42,356 bases of DNA from a virus. The notes beneath the pieces were generated by a model. The model was given only the letters and a program-made list of their open reading frames with translations, made no database searches and was not told the DNA's origin. The stretch's first letter is position 1, and the number at the start of each line of letters is the position of its first letter. Shown here in pieces: positions 21,053-31,365 of the stretch. Made by a program: the position numbers and the translations under genes. The DNA lies in the IMG/VR virus record IMGVR_UViG_3300019487_000011, positions 1 to 42,356 of that record, one strand, 5' to 3'.

Positions 21053-23107
21053 ATGGCGGAAGGCTACCTACCGGCGCAGCAAGACGACTCGCAGCTACCG
21101 CTTCTACCGGGGGAATCCCCACGGATGGAGCCGGGGGCTGGTCTTTGCGGCTGGGTCATGGACCACGTACGTAACTGGCGCGATATCCGCGATCAGAAGC
21201 ACCGCGACAAGTGGGACGAATACGTTCGTATCTGGCGCGGCGTGTGGGCTGCGCAGGACAAGAACCGCAAGTCTGAACGCTCGCGCATCGTTACTCCGGC
21301 GTCTATGCAGGCGCTGGACGCTACCGTGTCCGAGATTGAAGAGGCTATCTTCCGTCGTGCCATCTGGTTCGACGTAGACGAGAACCTAGACGAAATGGAA
21401 GACGTTGAGCAGCGCGACGAAATGCTTCGCGCCCGCGACCGTCTTCTGGAGCTTTGCGACGAGGAAGGTATCCCTGCCGCCGTAGCGAAGCTGGTACTGA
21501 TCGGTGCCCTGTACGGTACTGGCGTTGGCAAGATCAACGTCTACATGAAGACCGTACAGGAACTAGAGCAGGACCAAGACGGTACTCGCCGTGTAGTGGA
21601 GCGCGAAGAGCCCCGCGTGGAGTTCATCGCCCTTGAGCCGTACGAGTTCGTACCGGACCCTACAACCGACGACTTGAACCGGATGCTGGGGTGCGCCCAC
21701 GAAACCATCGTGCCGCTCCACGAAGTCAAGCAGGGCCAGCGGGAAGGCCGTTACCGGCCTACGCCGGTCTCGATCTGGAACCCGCAGCCGCAGGACCCGC
21801 AGCAGAAGTCCGGCATCCTCGCCTTTGAGACGACCAACGTTGAGGGTGCGAAGCTGACCGAGTGGCACGGCAAGGTCCCTGCCCGTATGCTTGCCCTGTA
21901 CCTAGAGCCGGACGACACGCTGGTGGCCGACATGGCCAAGCGCGAGTCGGACGACGAAACTCTCGTTGAGGCTATCGTAACGATTGCCAACGAGTCGAAG
22001 TGTATCGGCGCGAAAGCGAACCCGTTCATCATGCGGGACCGCTCATTCGTCGCCTACCAGCACGATACGGTCCCCAACTACTTCTGGGGCCGTGGGGTCA
22101 TCGAGAAGGGCTACAACGCCCAGAAGGCCCTAGACGCGGACGTTCGCGCCCGTATCGACGCTCTCGCCCTTGTGGCGAACCCGATGGTGGCCGGTGACGT
22201 TACCCGCCTACCGCGTGGAATGAATCTAGCCGTGTGGCCGGGCAAGTTCTGGCCAACGACAGGAACTCCGGGAGACGTTATCCAAGGGTTCCAGTTCGGC
22301 AAGGTCGATCCTGACCTGTTCCAGAACGCTGCCGACATGGAGCGCATGGTACAGACCGCAACTGGGGCTATGGACCCCGGGGTTTCGGCTGATGGCGCAC
22401 AGGATCGGGCCCTCATGGGGGCCCCCTTTATCAAGCGAGCCCGCCGCACGATGCAGAACATCGAGCGGAAGCTGCTACAGCCCGCGATCCGCAAGATCAT
22501 GTGGCGATACGTCCAGTTTTCGCCTGAGTTCCCGAGCGACGTAAAGTTCACGGTTTCCGGTACGCTGGGCGTCATGGCCCGCGAAGTGGAACAGCAGCAG
22601 CTTACGCAGTTGCTGTCGCTGGTACCGCAGGAATCCAAGCCCTTCTTCGCCATGCTACGGGCGATCTTTGACAACTCGTCTATCGCGCAGAAGGGCTCCG
22701 TGCTCAAGGCGCTAGATGAAATGCTGAATCCTCCCGCTGACCCAGAGGCTCAGGCCAAGGCGAAGCAGATGGAGGAACTGCAGGTTCGTGGCCTAGTGGC
22801 CGAAGTCGAAGAGAAGGAAGCTAACGCTGCCAAGGCTAAGGCCGAGGCGCTAAAGGCCGAGGCGCAGGCCGAACTGGCCAAGGCGCAGGCTGCGGTCGCT
22901 CCGATTCAGGTTCAGGCCGAGCTTCTGGAAGTGGCTAACGACCGCGAGGAAGTGGATCAGTTCGCTCGACAGAACGATATCTCTGAGCAGGGTATGCACC
23001 TGAAGTCAGTGGACCTTGCTCTGCGGGCGGCCAAGTTGCCTGCCGAAATCGACAAGTTGGAGGCGGACGCTGAAAAGCTTCGTCGGCCCGAGCCGAAGAA
23101 GAGCTAA
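21053..23107 (+). CDS. Portal protein
   Basis: About 685 aa, directly after the terminase. The ATG at 21053 follows AAGGA. The C-terminal tail is coiled-coil and Ala/Lys/Glu-rich. Assignment is by size and position. Confidence 0.75.
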   Translation: MAEGYLPAQQDDSQLPLLPGESPRMEPGAGLCGWVMDHVRNWRDIRDQKHRDKWDEYVRIWRGVWAAQDKNRKSERSRIVTPASMQALDATVSEIEEAIFRRAIWFDVDENLDEMEDVEQRDEMLRARDRLLELCDEEGIPAAVAKLVLIGALYGTGVGKINVYMKTVQELEQDQDGTRRVVEREEPRVEFIALEPYEFVPDPTTDDLNRMLGCAHETIVPLHEVKQGQREGRYRPTPVSIWNPQPQDPQQKSGILAFETTNVEGAKLTEWHGKVPARMLALYLEPDDTLVADMAKRESDDETLVEAIVTIANESKCIGAKANPFIMRDRSFVAYQHDTVPNYFWGRGVIEKGYNAQKALDADVRARIDALALVANPMVAGDVTRLPRGMNLAVWPGKFWPTTGTPGDVIQGFQFGKVDPDLFQNAADMERMVQTATGAMDPGVSADGAQDRALMGAPFIKRARRTMQNIERKLLQPAIRKIMWRYVQFSPEFPSDVKFTVSGTLGVMAREVEQQQLTQLLSLVPQESKPFFAMLRAIFDNSSIAQKGSVLKALDEMLNPPADPEAQAKAKQMEELQVRGLVAEVEEKEANAAKAKAEALKAEAQAELAKAQAAVAPIQVQAELLEVANDREEVDQFARQNDISEQGMHLKSVDLALRAAKLPAEIDKLEADAEKLRRPEPKKS

Positions 23108-23123
23108 GTAGAGAGGGGGGACC

Positions 23124-23390
23124 ATGAACGAGCACATCAACCAAGAAAACGACGCCCTGCGGGAAATGTTCCAGACGCAGGGGTGGCAAGTCCTGATGCG
23201 AAACACGAAGGCTCACCTAGATGCCTTCCGCGAGGGCTTCCCGTTCAACGTAAACACCGTGGAGCAACTGTACTTCCTGCGTGGCATGTCGGCCTCGCTA
23301 CAGGTGCTCCTGACGATGGAACAACAGCTTGAGGCGACCGAGCTTGCGGAGAAGCAAGCCGACGAACCGCTAGAGCTTGAGGCGGAGTAA
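23124..23390 (+). CDS. Hypothetical protein
   Basis: 88-aa ORF between portal and scaffold. Confidence 0.55.
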   Translation: MNEHINQENDALREMFQTQGWQVLMRNTKAHLDAFREGFPFNVNTVEQLYFLRGMSASLQVLLTMEQQLEATELAEKQADEPLELEAE

Positions 23391-23393
23391 TCC

Positions 23394-23645
23394 GTGCTCA
23401 TCCTGCACGACTACCTATGTCCGTGCAACTACCGTTTCGAAGAACTCGTAGATCGGGACAAGCGGGATACCGTCAATTGTCCGATGTGCGGGGGACTCGC
23501 CAAGCGGCAGCTATCCGCTCCGCGCCTTGACACCAGCCTTGGTGTTGACGCGGCGTCCTTCCCGACTCTCGGGGAGAAGTGGGTACGCAACCGCGCACAA
23601 CGTCAGCGAATCGAAGAAGCTCGGAAGCGCGAACACGGCGACTGA
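23394..23645 (+). CDS. FmdB-type CxxC zinc-ribbon protein
   Basis: YLCPCNYRFEEL...CPMCGG..KRQLS matches the putative-regulatory zinc-ribbon pattern. GTG start follows GGCGGAG. Confidence 0.6.
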   Translation: MLILHDYLCPCNYRFEELVDRDKRDTVNCPMCGGLAKRQLSAPRLDTSLGVDAASFPTLGEKWVRNRAQRQRIEEARKREHGD

Positions 23646-23710
23646 GCAGCCCGCGACCTGACGACCGATCCATAACCGCCTGCGGCGGATCAAACTGGGA
23701 GTAACTTACT

Positions 23711-24535
23711 GTGTCAAAAGAGCAACTAGCGAACGAGGCCCCTGAAGAGTACCTGTTGGACTTGACTAAGGGACCGGACAACCAGCCCGCTGCGGCTGAC
23801 CCGGCTCAAGACCAGCCCGGCGATGACTTGCCGGAAAAGTACAAGGGGAAGTCTCTGGCCGAAGTCATTGAGATGCACCGGAACGCCGAATCGGCGCTCG
23901 GCCGGGCACACAATGAAGTAGGTCAGGTCCGCCGTCTGGCAGACGAGCTTCTTGGCATTAACCGTGCCACACTGTCACGACAGCAGCCCGATAACCGCGA
24001 ACCGGCTCGGAAGCCAATCACCGCTGACTCGATTCTGCAGGACCCTGAGTCGCAGGTCGTAGCCGTTGCGAAAGAGATTGCCGACGAACGCGCAAGCGCG
24101 TCCGAAGAGCGTCTGGCTCGCATGGAGTACGAACTTAGCCTCGCGCGGTTCGAACAGAAGCATCCGAAGTTCCGCGACACCATGCAGGACCAAGCCTTCG
24201 GCGCTTGGGTCCAGCAATCTCCGTACCGCCAGCGCCTAGCGATGGCCGCTACGCAGGGCGACTTTGCTGCCGCTGACGACCTGTTTGCGCTCTACAACGA
24301 GCACTCACAGGCGCGACGGCCCGAAGAGCCTGCAGCGGACCCCGCAGCGCAGGCGCGGAAAGCTGGCCTAGCCCGCCCGGGCGGCTCAACGGCCGCAGGG
24401 GTGGCATCAACGAAGACTGGCAAACCTACGTGGTCCCGCGAGAAGCTGCTTGATATGCGGCTTCACAACCCGGACGAGTTCGACCGCCTACAGCCCCAGA
24501 TTCTGGAAGCATACGCGGAAGGCCGAGTCAGGTAA
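23711..24535 (+). CDS. Scaffolding protein candidate
   Basis: 274 aa, charged and helical, located immediately upstream of the capsid gene. Confidence 0.55.
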   Translation: MSKEQLANEAPEEYLLDLTKGPDNQPAAADPAQDQPGDDLPEKYKGKSLAEVIEMHRNAESALGRAHNEVGQVRRLADELLGINRATLSRQQPDNREPARKPITADSILQDPESQVVAVAKEIADERASASEERLARMEYELSLARFEQKHPKFRDTMQDQAFGAWVQQSPYRQRLAMAATQGDFAAADDLFALYNEHSQARRPEEPAADPAAQARKAGLARPGGSTAAGVASTKTGKPTWSREKLLDMRLHNPDEFDRLQPQILEAYAEGRVR

Positions 24536-24573
24536 GTAATCCTCTCATCCCCCTCCACAGGAAGTAAAACCAC

Positions 24574-25506
24574 ATGGCTACATCACTGTCCTTCACCAAC
24601 TCGATTGACGTGACGGACGGCGCAAACTTCATCCCTGAAGTTTGGTCGGACGACGTGATCGCGGGCTACAAGAAGCACCTTGTTCTTGCCGCGCTCGTTT
24701 CACGCATCAATCACAATGGCAAGAAGGGTGACGTTATCCACATTCCGGCTCCGGTCCGGGGTGCGGCAAGCGCGAAGGCGGCTAACAACGTCGTAACGCT
24801 GGTCACATCGACTGCCAACGGAGTGCAGGTTGTTATCAACAAGCACTACGAGTACTCGTTCCTCGTCGAAGACATTCTGGAAGTTCAGGGCATGGCCTCG
24901 CTTCGCCGGTTCTACACCAACGACGCTGGTTACGCGCTGGCTACACAGGTTGACTCCGACCTCCGCGACCTAGCGGCGACTTGGAACTCGGGCACCGCCT
25001 ACAGCGGTGCGGTCATCGGCTCGGACGGCTCGACAGCCTACTCCGGCGCGGGCGCTGGCAACGGCGCGGCGCTGTCGGACGCAGGTCTCCGTCGCGTCGC
25101 CCAGACGCTGGACGACAACGACGTTCCGATGCGCGACCGCGTTCTGGTCATCCCTCCGGTCGAAAAGCGCCGCCTTCTGGGCGTAACGCGGTTCACGGAG
25201 CAGGCGTTCACGGGCGAAGCGGGTTCTGGCAACAGCATCCGTAACGGCCTAGTGGGCGACGTATACGGCATCCCCGTCTACGTTTCGACCAACATCGCCA
25301 CAATCGAGTCTCTGAACTCGATCCCGTACCGGGCTTGCTTGATGTTCCAGAAGGATTCTCTGGTCCTTGCTGAACAGATGGGCGTCCGTACGCAGGCTCA
25401 GTACAAGCAGGAAGCTCTGGGCACCCTAGTTACAGCCGACCGGCTGTACGGTGTCAGGACGCTCCGCGCTGAAGGCGCTCGCGCCATCATCGTTCCGTCA
25501 GCGTAA
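24574..25506 (+). CDS. Major capsid protein
   Basis: 310 aa. It follows the scaffold candidate and is followed by a strong intrinsic terminator. Assignment is by position and composition. Confidence 0.7.
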   Translation: MATSLSFTNSIDVTDGANFIPEVWSDDVIAGYKKHLVLAALVSRINHNGKKGDVIHIPAPVRGAASAKAANNVVTLVTSTANGVQVVINKHYEYSFLVEDILEVQGMASLRRFYTNDAGYALATQVDSDLRDLAATWNSGTAYSGAVIGSDGSTAYSGAGAGNGAALSDAGLRRVAQTLDDNDVPMRDRVLVIPPVEKRRLLGVTRFTEQAFTGEAGSGNSIRNGLVGDVYGIPVYVSTNIATIESLNSIPYRACLMFQKDSLVLAEQMGVRTQAQYKQEALGTLVTADRLYGVRTLRAEGARAIIVPSA

Positions 25507-25530
25507 GTTGACGGGGCTTGACAGCCCTAC

Positions 25531-25576
25531 AGGCCGGACTCTGGGACCCCATCCCGGGGTCCGGCCTTTTGTTTTA
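25531..25576 (+). terminator. Rho-independent terminator after the capsid gene
   Basis: A 16-bp stem (25531-25546 with 25552-25567, including 2 G-U pairs) and loop CCCCA, followed by TTTTGTTTTA. Confidence 0.85.
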
Positions 25577-25588
25577 CAGGAGCAACGC

Positions 25589-26677
25589 TTGGCTACACGG
25601 CGCTTTGCGCTCATCAAGCAAGTAACCTCGCTAGATGACCTCAGCGGAGTGGACACCAGCGGGGCCACATCAGGTGATGCGCTTGTCTGGAATGGCACTG
25701 AATGGGTACCCGGAGACCACGGGGACCTAGGCGGGCTATCGGACAACGATCACCCTCAATACCTTCTGGCAGCGAGCTATACCGCTGCCGACGTTCTTGC
25801 CAAGCTGCTGACAGTTGACGGATCAGGGTCCGGCCTAGACGCCGACTTGCTCGACGGCCTGTCATCGGCAGACTTCGCATCGGCCACTCGCAACCTTACG
25901 GCTGGCGCGGGCCTGACGGGCGGAGGTACACTAGCGGCCGACCGTACGTTCGACGTAGGTGCCGGAACCGGCATCACAGTCAACGCTGCCGACGTGGCCC
26001 TTAATACGGCACACGTTCGGAACGTAGACCACTCAGGCGTCACCCTAACGGCTGGCACAGGGTTGACTGGTGGCGGGGACATCAGTGCGAACCGCACGTT
26101 CGATGTAGGCGCTGGCGATGGCATCATCGTCAACGCCGACAACGTACAGTTCGACAACGAGTTCGTTGGTCCGTACTGGGCCGGCAGCGGCACCGTCACG
26201 AATCCTACTTATTCGTTCTTGGCGGACGTAAGCACCGGCATCTACCTTGAGGGGGCTGGAATTCTCTCGATGGCTTGTGCCGGCGAGATTATTTGCCGTT
26301 ACCGAAACGAAGTTAGCCTTAAGGGAGTGCAGCTTGTCGGCTCAGTTCAGTTTGGCTCGCACATTTCCCCGGCGCAGATCACGGCCAATCAAAACGACTA
26401 CAACCCGACCGGGCTTACCGCGGCGTCCGTTCTAAGACTCTCCTCTGATGCGTCTCGCAACATCACCGGCCTCGTGACTGCGCTTCTAACGTCCCGAACA
26501 ATGCTCATCACCAACGTCGGAACTCAGGACATCGTTCTAGTCAACCAGTCAGCATCCAGCACGGCAGACTATCGGTTCGAGATTGGCGCGAACATCACGA
26601 TCGGCGCAAACGAAGGCGTGATTCTCTTATACGACACAACGTCACGACGGTGGCGCTGCGTGGGCAAGCACGTTTAA
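25589..26677 (+). CDS. Tail fibre / tail spike-like protein
   Basis: TTG start lies 6 nt after GGAG, downstream of the terminator. The N-terminus is L.DL.GVDTSGA..GDALVWNG.EW. Tandem repeats are LTAG.GLTGGG....RTFDVGAG.GI.VNAD. Confidence 0.6.
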   Translation: MATRRFALIKQVTSLDDLSGVDTSGATSGDALVWNGTEWVPGDHGDLGGLSDNDHPQYLLAASYTAADVLAKLLTVDGSGSGLDADLLDGLSSADFASATRNLTAGAGLTGGGTLAADRTFDVGAGTGITVNAADVALNTAHVRNVDHSGVTLTAGTGLTGGGDISANRTFDVGAGDGIIVNADNVQFDNEFVGPYWAGSGTVTNPTYSFLADVSTGIYLEGAGILSMACAGEIICRYRNEVSLKGVQLVGSVQFGSHISPAQITANQNDYNPTGLTAASVLRLSSDASRNITGLVTALLTSRTMLITNVGTQDIVLVNQSASSTADYRFEIGANITIGANEGVILLYDTTSRRWRCVGKHV

Positions 26678-26689
26678 TCTGGAGGACCT

Positions 26690-26884
26690 ATGAAACGGCT
26701 AAAGCACAATTTCTCCACAGAGGACGCCCGGTACTTGATTAACTTGGCCCGTTCCGCCCCTCTTCAGAACATGGCCACGGCAGAGGCCGTGGCTCGACTA
26801 TTGGCCCGGTTTGCCGAGTTCGCCCGTGCGACGCTGGTAAAACCTATCAAGGTGAAGAATGACGTTCCTCCAACTGGTCAATAG
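26690..26884 (+). CDS. Hypothetical protein
   Basis: 64 aa, ATG after GGAGGA. Confidence 0.5.
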   Translation: MKRLKHNFSTEDARYLINLARSAPLQNMATAEAVARLLARFAEFARATLVKPIKVKNDVPPTGQ

Positions 26885-27521
26885 AGTTCTTCGTCGGCTC
26901 CGGGCTACAGAGGCCGCTGGTGTTACCTCGGGCTACCCTGAACTGGTCGCCGCTCTTGTCAACGACGCCAAGCGCGACGTTGAGGATTCAGGGCCGTGGT
27001 ACGCCCTGCGTACTACGATCAACAAGACCCTAACCCCAAGCGCCGGGTCAGTCTCCCTTACCAGCGAGACCAACGACCGGTCGTACCTGCTGTACGTCAA
27101 GGGCTTGCCACAAACGTTCGTGACGACGGCGGACAAAGAGTGGCGACTGGATGTCATCGAGAAGGGCGAGATTGATGCGATCCGGGCGCTGTACCCGGAT
27201 GCGGACGAGAACGTGCCTACGGCCGTGGCGTTTACACGCTCCGCTGACGGCCTTACGGCCGAGTTCTTCCCTATCCCGGACCTAGCCTACACGGTCCGTT
27301 TCATCATGGTCGTGCCTCAGGACGACCTTGAAGACAAGGACGACGAACTGACTATCCCTGCGGCTCCGGTATGGACTCAGGCGCTGGCGTTCGCCGCCGA
27401 AGAGCGCGGCGAAGAGATGGGCACGACGGTTGCCAGCCTCCAGCGCCGCGCCGACAAGGCGCTTATGGACGCAATGAACGCGGACTTCTTGCAGGACGAA
27501 CTGACCTTCGAGGCTCAATAA
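26859..27521 (+). CDS. Virion protein (head-tail adaptor-like?)
   Basis: 220 aa. The N-terminus MTFLQLVNRVLRRL is reminiscent of phage neck/adaptor proteins. Assignment rests on position only. Confidence 0.4.
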   Translation: MTFLQLVNRVLRRLRATEAAGVTSGYPELVAALVNDAKRDVEDSGPWYALRTTINKTLTPSAGSVSLTSETNDRSYLLYVKGLPQTFVTTADKEWRLDVIEKGEIDAIRALYPDADENVPTAVAFTRSADGLTAEFFPIPDLAYTVRFIMVVPQDDLEDKDDELTIPAAPVWTQALAFAAEERGEEMGTTVASLQRRADKALMDAMNADFLQDELTFEAQ

Positions 27522-29036
27522 GTGCCCCGGCTACGCCCCGACGCTATCCCAGCGCCTGCCTTCTACGGTATGGCGAAGCAGAGCCAGTACGCGCCCCTTG
27601 GGCCGGAATGGTGTACGCTCGCCAAGAACATCGTAGTTGACGGACAGAACCGCCTAGCGGCCCGCAACGGCTGGACGCAGCAGAATACCCTTATCTCAGG
27701 AAGCCCGGATATCGTGCAGATGCACGAGTACCTGAACGCCTCTGGTACGTCGGAACTGATTACATCTACCGCGACTAAGATTTTCAGCGGCATCGCCGGG
27801 GCTCTAACGGAGAAGACCGGCTCGTTGGTGTTCACTACAGGACTATGGAAGTTCATCAACTTCAACGGGTTCTGCCTAGGCTGGGTCGCTGGCGAGACCC
27901 CGATCCAGTACAACGGGTCGGGTAACTTCGCTACGATCATCGCGGCCTCGGGCACCCTGCCTGACGGTAATACTGCCCTCGCGGCCTTCGGGCGCGTGTG
28001 GGGCCTCGACGACGATAAGCAGACTATCCGCTATTCGGCGCTGCTGGACCACACTCGATGGGCCACAGTGGACGGTGGCGGGTTGATTGATATGCGGTCG
28101 GTCTGGACGAAAGGCATGGACGAAGTGGTAGGCATCGTGTCCTACGGCTCGTACCTAGTGGTCTTCGGCAAGCGCCACATCGTCCTGTGGACGGACGGCG
28201 CGGGCTCGGATATCGGCCTTAACCCGACGAACATGTACGTCACGCAGGTCATCGAGAACGCGGGCCTAGTGGCCCGCGATGCTGTGGCGCTGGTCGGGGA
28301 ACAGGACGTGGTGTTCTGGTCTTCCAACGGCGTCCGGTCGTTGGCCCGTACGACTCAAGAACAGCCCACTCCGGTCAACGATATTACCCCGTCGAACAAC
28401 GACTTTCTTGCTGCTGCACTACAGGACGGCGACCTGAGCAAGGTCCGAATGGCGCACTACGCGCTAGAGAGCCTAGTGCTGCTGTCCCACCCAGACAACG
28501 AAACAACCTTCGTGTTTGACCTGAAGCAGCGCCTGCCCAACGGCGGGTACCGCATGACTGTATGGGACCTAGTGCCCAAGTCCATGACCAGCACATCGGA
28601 CGAATCTTTCTACATGGGCTTCAACGGCCGCATCGGCAAGTACACCGGTTTCGTTGATAATACTTCTTCGTACCGGTTCGAGTATCAATCAGGCTGGGTG
28701 CCAATGGTCGGAGAAGACAACCGGCGCCGGGTACTCAAGCACCTGCGCCCTATGCTGTTCAGCCCGGCCGACCGCACTGTGAGCTTCAAGTGGTGGACGG
28801 ACTTCTTGTACAACACTTCCGCCGCCGCGGCTTCTCTAGATGCTGGTGGCGACGAGTGGGGCACGGACGAGTGGGGCTCGATGGAGTGGGGAGCCGGTCA
28901 GCAGTTCCATTTCGCAGAAGTCCCGCTGTTCGGGGAATGTGAGTACCTGAAGTTCGCGGTCCGTACCACAATTAATGGCGCGGCGTTCGGCCTTGGGCCT
29001 ACGCGCGTCTACACTTCCCAAGGCCGGATGGCATAA
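27522..29036 (+). CDS. Large tail structural protein (tube/nozzle-like)
   Basis: 504 aa. GTG start lies directly after the upstream TAA. Beta-rich. Positional assignment. Confidence 0.5.
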   Translation: MPRLRPDAIPAPAFYGMAKQSQYAPLGPEWCTLAKNIVVDGQNRLAARNGWTQQNTLISGSPDIVQMHEYLNASGTSELITSTATKIFSGIAGALTEKTGSLVFTTGLWKFINFNGFCLGWVAGETPIQYNGSGNFATIIAASGTLPDGNTALAAFGRVWGLDDDKQTIRYSALLDHTRWATVDGGGLIDMRSVWTKGMDEVVGIVSYGSYLVVFGKRHIVLWTDGAGSDIGLNPTNMYVTQVIENAGLVARDAVALVGEQDVVFWSSNGVRSLARTTQEQPTPVNDITPSNNDFLAAALQDGDLSKVRMAHYALESLVLLSHPDNETTFVFDLKQRLPNGGYRMTVWDLVPKSMTSTSDESFYMGFNGRIGKYTGFVDNTSSYRFEYQSGWVPMVGEDNRRRVLKHLRPMLFSPADRTVSFKWWTDFLYNTSAAAASLDAGGDEWGTDEWGSMEWGAGQQFHFAEVPLFGECEYLKFAVRTTINGAAFGLGPTRVYTSQGRMA

Positions 29037-29042
29037 CGAATC

Positions 29043-29579
29043 ATGAGCGACTACAGCAAGACTACAGACTTTGCCCCTAAGGACGCCTTGCCGTCAGGCG
29101 ATCCCGAGAAGACCGCGCTGGGGGCGGACCTCGATGTTGAGTTCGATGCGCTGGAAACGGCTATCGCCTCCAAGGTGGACGAGTCCAGAGAAGGCGCCGC
29201 GAACGGTATCGCCCCTCTTGACGCCTCCGGCCTCATCCTTGAGTCGGACCTGCCGAAGGGTATCGCGTGGTCCATGCTTACTGACGCGGCCACTATCGCT
29301 ACCGACGCCTCCTTGTCCAACAACTTCAAGGTCACGCTCGGCGGCAACCGAATCATGGGCGCCCCTACTAGTCTTCGTAACGGGCAGGTGCTCGTCTACC
29401 GGGTGACGCAGGACGGCACCGGCTCCCGGACGCTTACGTGGGCCTCTATCTTCGCTTGGCCGTCCGGCACGGCCCCTACCCTGTCTACGGCCGCCGGTAA
29501 GGTGGACATGTTCTCCGGCATCTACGACTCGGCAACGTCAAAGATTTACATGACGACAGCCGGCATCGCGCTAGCCTAA
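29043..29579 (+). CDS. Tail fibre-associated protein
   Basis: The N-terminus DVEFDALETAIASKVD....GIAPLDASGLI..SDLP matches a motif common at phage fibre N-termini. Confidence 0.5.
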   Translation: MSDYSKTTDFAPKDALPSGDPEKTALGADLDVEFDALETAIASKVDESREGAANGIAPLDASGLILESDLPKGIAWSMLTDAATIATDASLSNNFKVTLGGNRIMGAPTSLRNGQVLVYRVTQDGTGSRTLTWASIFAWPSGTAPTLSTAAGKVDMFSGIYDSATSKIYMTTAGIALA

Positions 29580-29989
29580 TGAACCTGAACCAAGGCATGA
29601 TGCTGGCGGTGCTGATCGCCCAAGACCAGATACTAGTCGCTATCAGCAACCGTAATATCGCCTCGACCGGCTACGCCCGCATCGACTACGAGACGGACGG
29701 CACGTCTCAAGAAGTCACGGACGGCGGTGATACCAGCTTGGAAATCTCAGGCGAATGGAAGCTGTCCGGGCTGTACACCGCCTACGAGTTTAAGTGGGAC
29801 TCCGTATCTGGTTCTGTACCAGATACGGTAGTTGGGTCGTCTCATCCCGAGGACACTTGGCAAGTGCTGGGTGTCTTGGGCCTCAAGCTGCGCCTTACTT
29901 CAGGGTCGGGTGTGGTCAACGTGCAGATTCGGCTGGCCTCCACCGGAGAGGTGCTGGACTCTGCTAACATCACACTAAATGCAACCTAA
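29579..29989 (+). CDS. Hypothetical virion-module protein
   Basis: 136 aa, TAATG-coupled on both sides. Confidence 0.5.
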   Translation: MNLNQGMMLAVLIAQDQILVAISNRNIASTGYARIDYETDGTSQEVTDGGDTSLEISGEWKLSGLYTAYEFKWDSVSGSVPDTVVGSSHPEDTWQVLGVLGLKLRLTSGSGVVNVQIRLASTGEVLDSANITLNAT

Positions 29990-30231
29990 TGCCACGTCAA
30001 ACATTAAACCAACAGAACGCCGCCTCGATTGCAGACCTGCGCGTAGAGAATGCCCAGCTGGCCGGGTCCGTAGAGCACCTTGCCACGACAGTTAACGAAC
30101 TGCGAACGGCGGTTCAGGACCTGCGCGACACGATGAACAAGGGCCGCGGGGCCTTGTGGGGCATCAGCGGCGTGGCCGCAGTCATCGGCGGTGCCGCCTC
30201 AATCGCGGCCCAAAAACTCCTAGGTAACTAA
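29989..30231 (+). CDS. Coiled-coil protein with C-terminal transmembrane segment
   Basis: 80 aa, with the C-terminal segment LWGISGVAAVIGGAASIAAQKLL. Confidence 0.5.
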   Translation: MPRQTLNQQNAASIADLRVENAQLAGSVEHLATTVNELRTAVQDLRDTMNKGRGALWGISGVAAVIGGAASIAAQKLLGN

Positions 30232-30232
30232 C

Positions 30233-30805
30233 ATGACTTTCTTCGGATCAGCCCCGTATGGCAAGCGCGGACCCGGCCCTAACCTAATGCAGCGGGCGCT
30301 TGCTAGTATCCCGCGCCCGGCCCAGCAGGGCTTCGATATGCAGGCGCTCCTAGGTAGCGGTATGCTACAGAGCCCCGCTGCTGCACAATTCATGCAGAGC
30401 GTGTTTGGTCCCCAGCCCGGAGCAGGAGGCGGCCCACCGGGCTTCGGAAACATTTTCCAAGTACTCGGACAGAACCGGCCACACCAGCCGATGACCTTCC
30501 CGGGCGGGGGCCTGTCGCCCATCGCGCTCGGTGCACCGGGCTTCGGCGGATTCGGTGGTGACTTCTCCGGCAAGGGCGGCATGGGCGGCATGGGCCATAT
30601 CCCCGGCTGGCAGATGGGCCTGCTGGCCGACCAGCTTGGCGGCATGAGCAAGCCCGGCCCCGCGCCGAGCCCGTTCCTAGGACTCAACAAATTCATGGGC
30701 CCGTTCGGTAACGGAGGCGGGTCACTCGTACCGCAACTCGGAGGGCAGGGCGGTGGAAACAAGTTCATGGCACAACTCCCGGTCTTCCGTGGGGCTCTCT
30801 TCTAA
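30233..30805 (+). CDS. Gly/Pro/Phe/Met-rich low-complexity protein (internal virion protein candidate)
   Basis: 190 aa with repeated GG, FG and MG dipeptide runs. Confidence 0.5.
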   Translation: MTFFGSAPYGKRGPGPNLMQRALASIPRPAQQGFDMQALLGSGMLQSPAAAQFMQSVFGPQPGAGGGPPGFGNIFQVLGQNRPHQPMTFPGGGLSPIALGAPGFGGFGGDFSGKGGMGGMGHIPGWQMGLLADQLGGMSKPGPAPSPFLGLNKFMGPFGNGGGSLVPQLGGQGGGNKFMAQLPVFRGALF

Positions 30806-31358
30806 GCCTCGCGTAATCGACGGCTTCCTGCAGACCTATCCGGCGCTCCGCGCTTACGCCGATACGGCGCAGTACGCGGACTACCGGAATCCGGCAGATG
30901 GGGTAGTCTACCCGTTCATTTGCACGGATATCCCGGACGAGACTCGTACTGAAGTACAGCAGCGTTTAGACGCAGAGCTTAAACGCCCCGTCCAGGCTCA
31001 CACGCTGTTCTTGCGGCTGAGTCCGGCCGGAGTGCGCGTCCCTCATGCGGTCCACACGGACAACAGCATGGGCCGGGGCTCCCTGATGCTGTACCTGACT
31101 GACAAGGAAGGCGGTACCGGGTTCGCCGAGCACCGAGCCCTTCGGCTCCGCTCGGCCCCTACGGATGACGGGGACCTGATCCGCACGACCAAGGATGCCC
31201 ACGATATGGGCAACTGGAGGCTCTGGGCCCGATGCGGGGCCCGCGAGAACCGAGCCTGTATCTTCCCGGCTGAGTTGTTCCACGTTGCGCTCCCAGTCGG
31301 AGGCTACGGATGGGGCAAGCAGGACGCCCGGCTGGTGCTTACGGCGTTCTTCGACTGA
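30753..31358 (+). CDS. 2OG-Fe(II) oxygenase-fold protein (DUF6445-like)
   Basis: VIDGFL..YP, HAVHTDN (HxD), GGTGF, and FPAELFHVALP (distal His) with R.VLTAFF suggest a double-stranded beta-helix dioxygenase. GTG start follows GGAGGG and overlaps the previous gene by 53 nt. Confidence 0.5.
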   Translation: METSSWHNSRSSVGLSSKPRVIDGFLQTYPALRAYADTAQYADYRNPADGVVYPFICTDIPDETRTEVQQRLDAELKRPVQAHTLFLRLSPAGVRVPHAVHTDNSMGRGSLMLYLTDKEGGTGFAEHRALRLRSAPTDDGDLIRTTKDAHDMGNWRLWARCGARENRACIFPAELFHVALPVGGYGWGKQDARLVLTAFFD

Positions 31359-31365
31359 GGGGACC

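Noticed and set aside
25513-25527. GGGGCTTGACAGCCC just after the capsid stop, closely resembling the P3 context GGGGGCTTGACAAAGCCC at 16195-16212; considered as a late promoter
   Set aside because: The hexamer 17 nt downstream of this TTGACA is CTGGGA, which is not a -10 element. The strong terminator starts immediately after. It is more likely a small hairpin or coincidence.
25880-26160. Tandem repeats in the tail-fibre gene, considered as a diversity-generating retroelement template/variable pair
   Set aside because: No reverse transcriptase is present in the genome. The repeats are in-frame protein repeats (LTAG.GLTGGG...RTFDVGAG) typical of fibre shafts. The differences are not adenine-specific.
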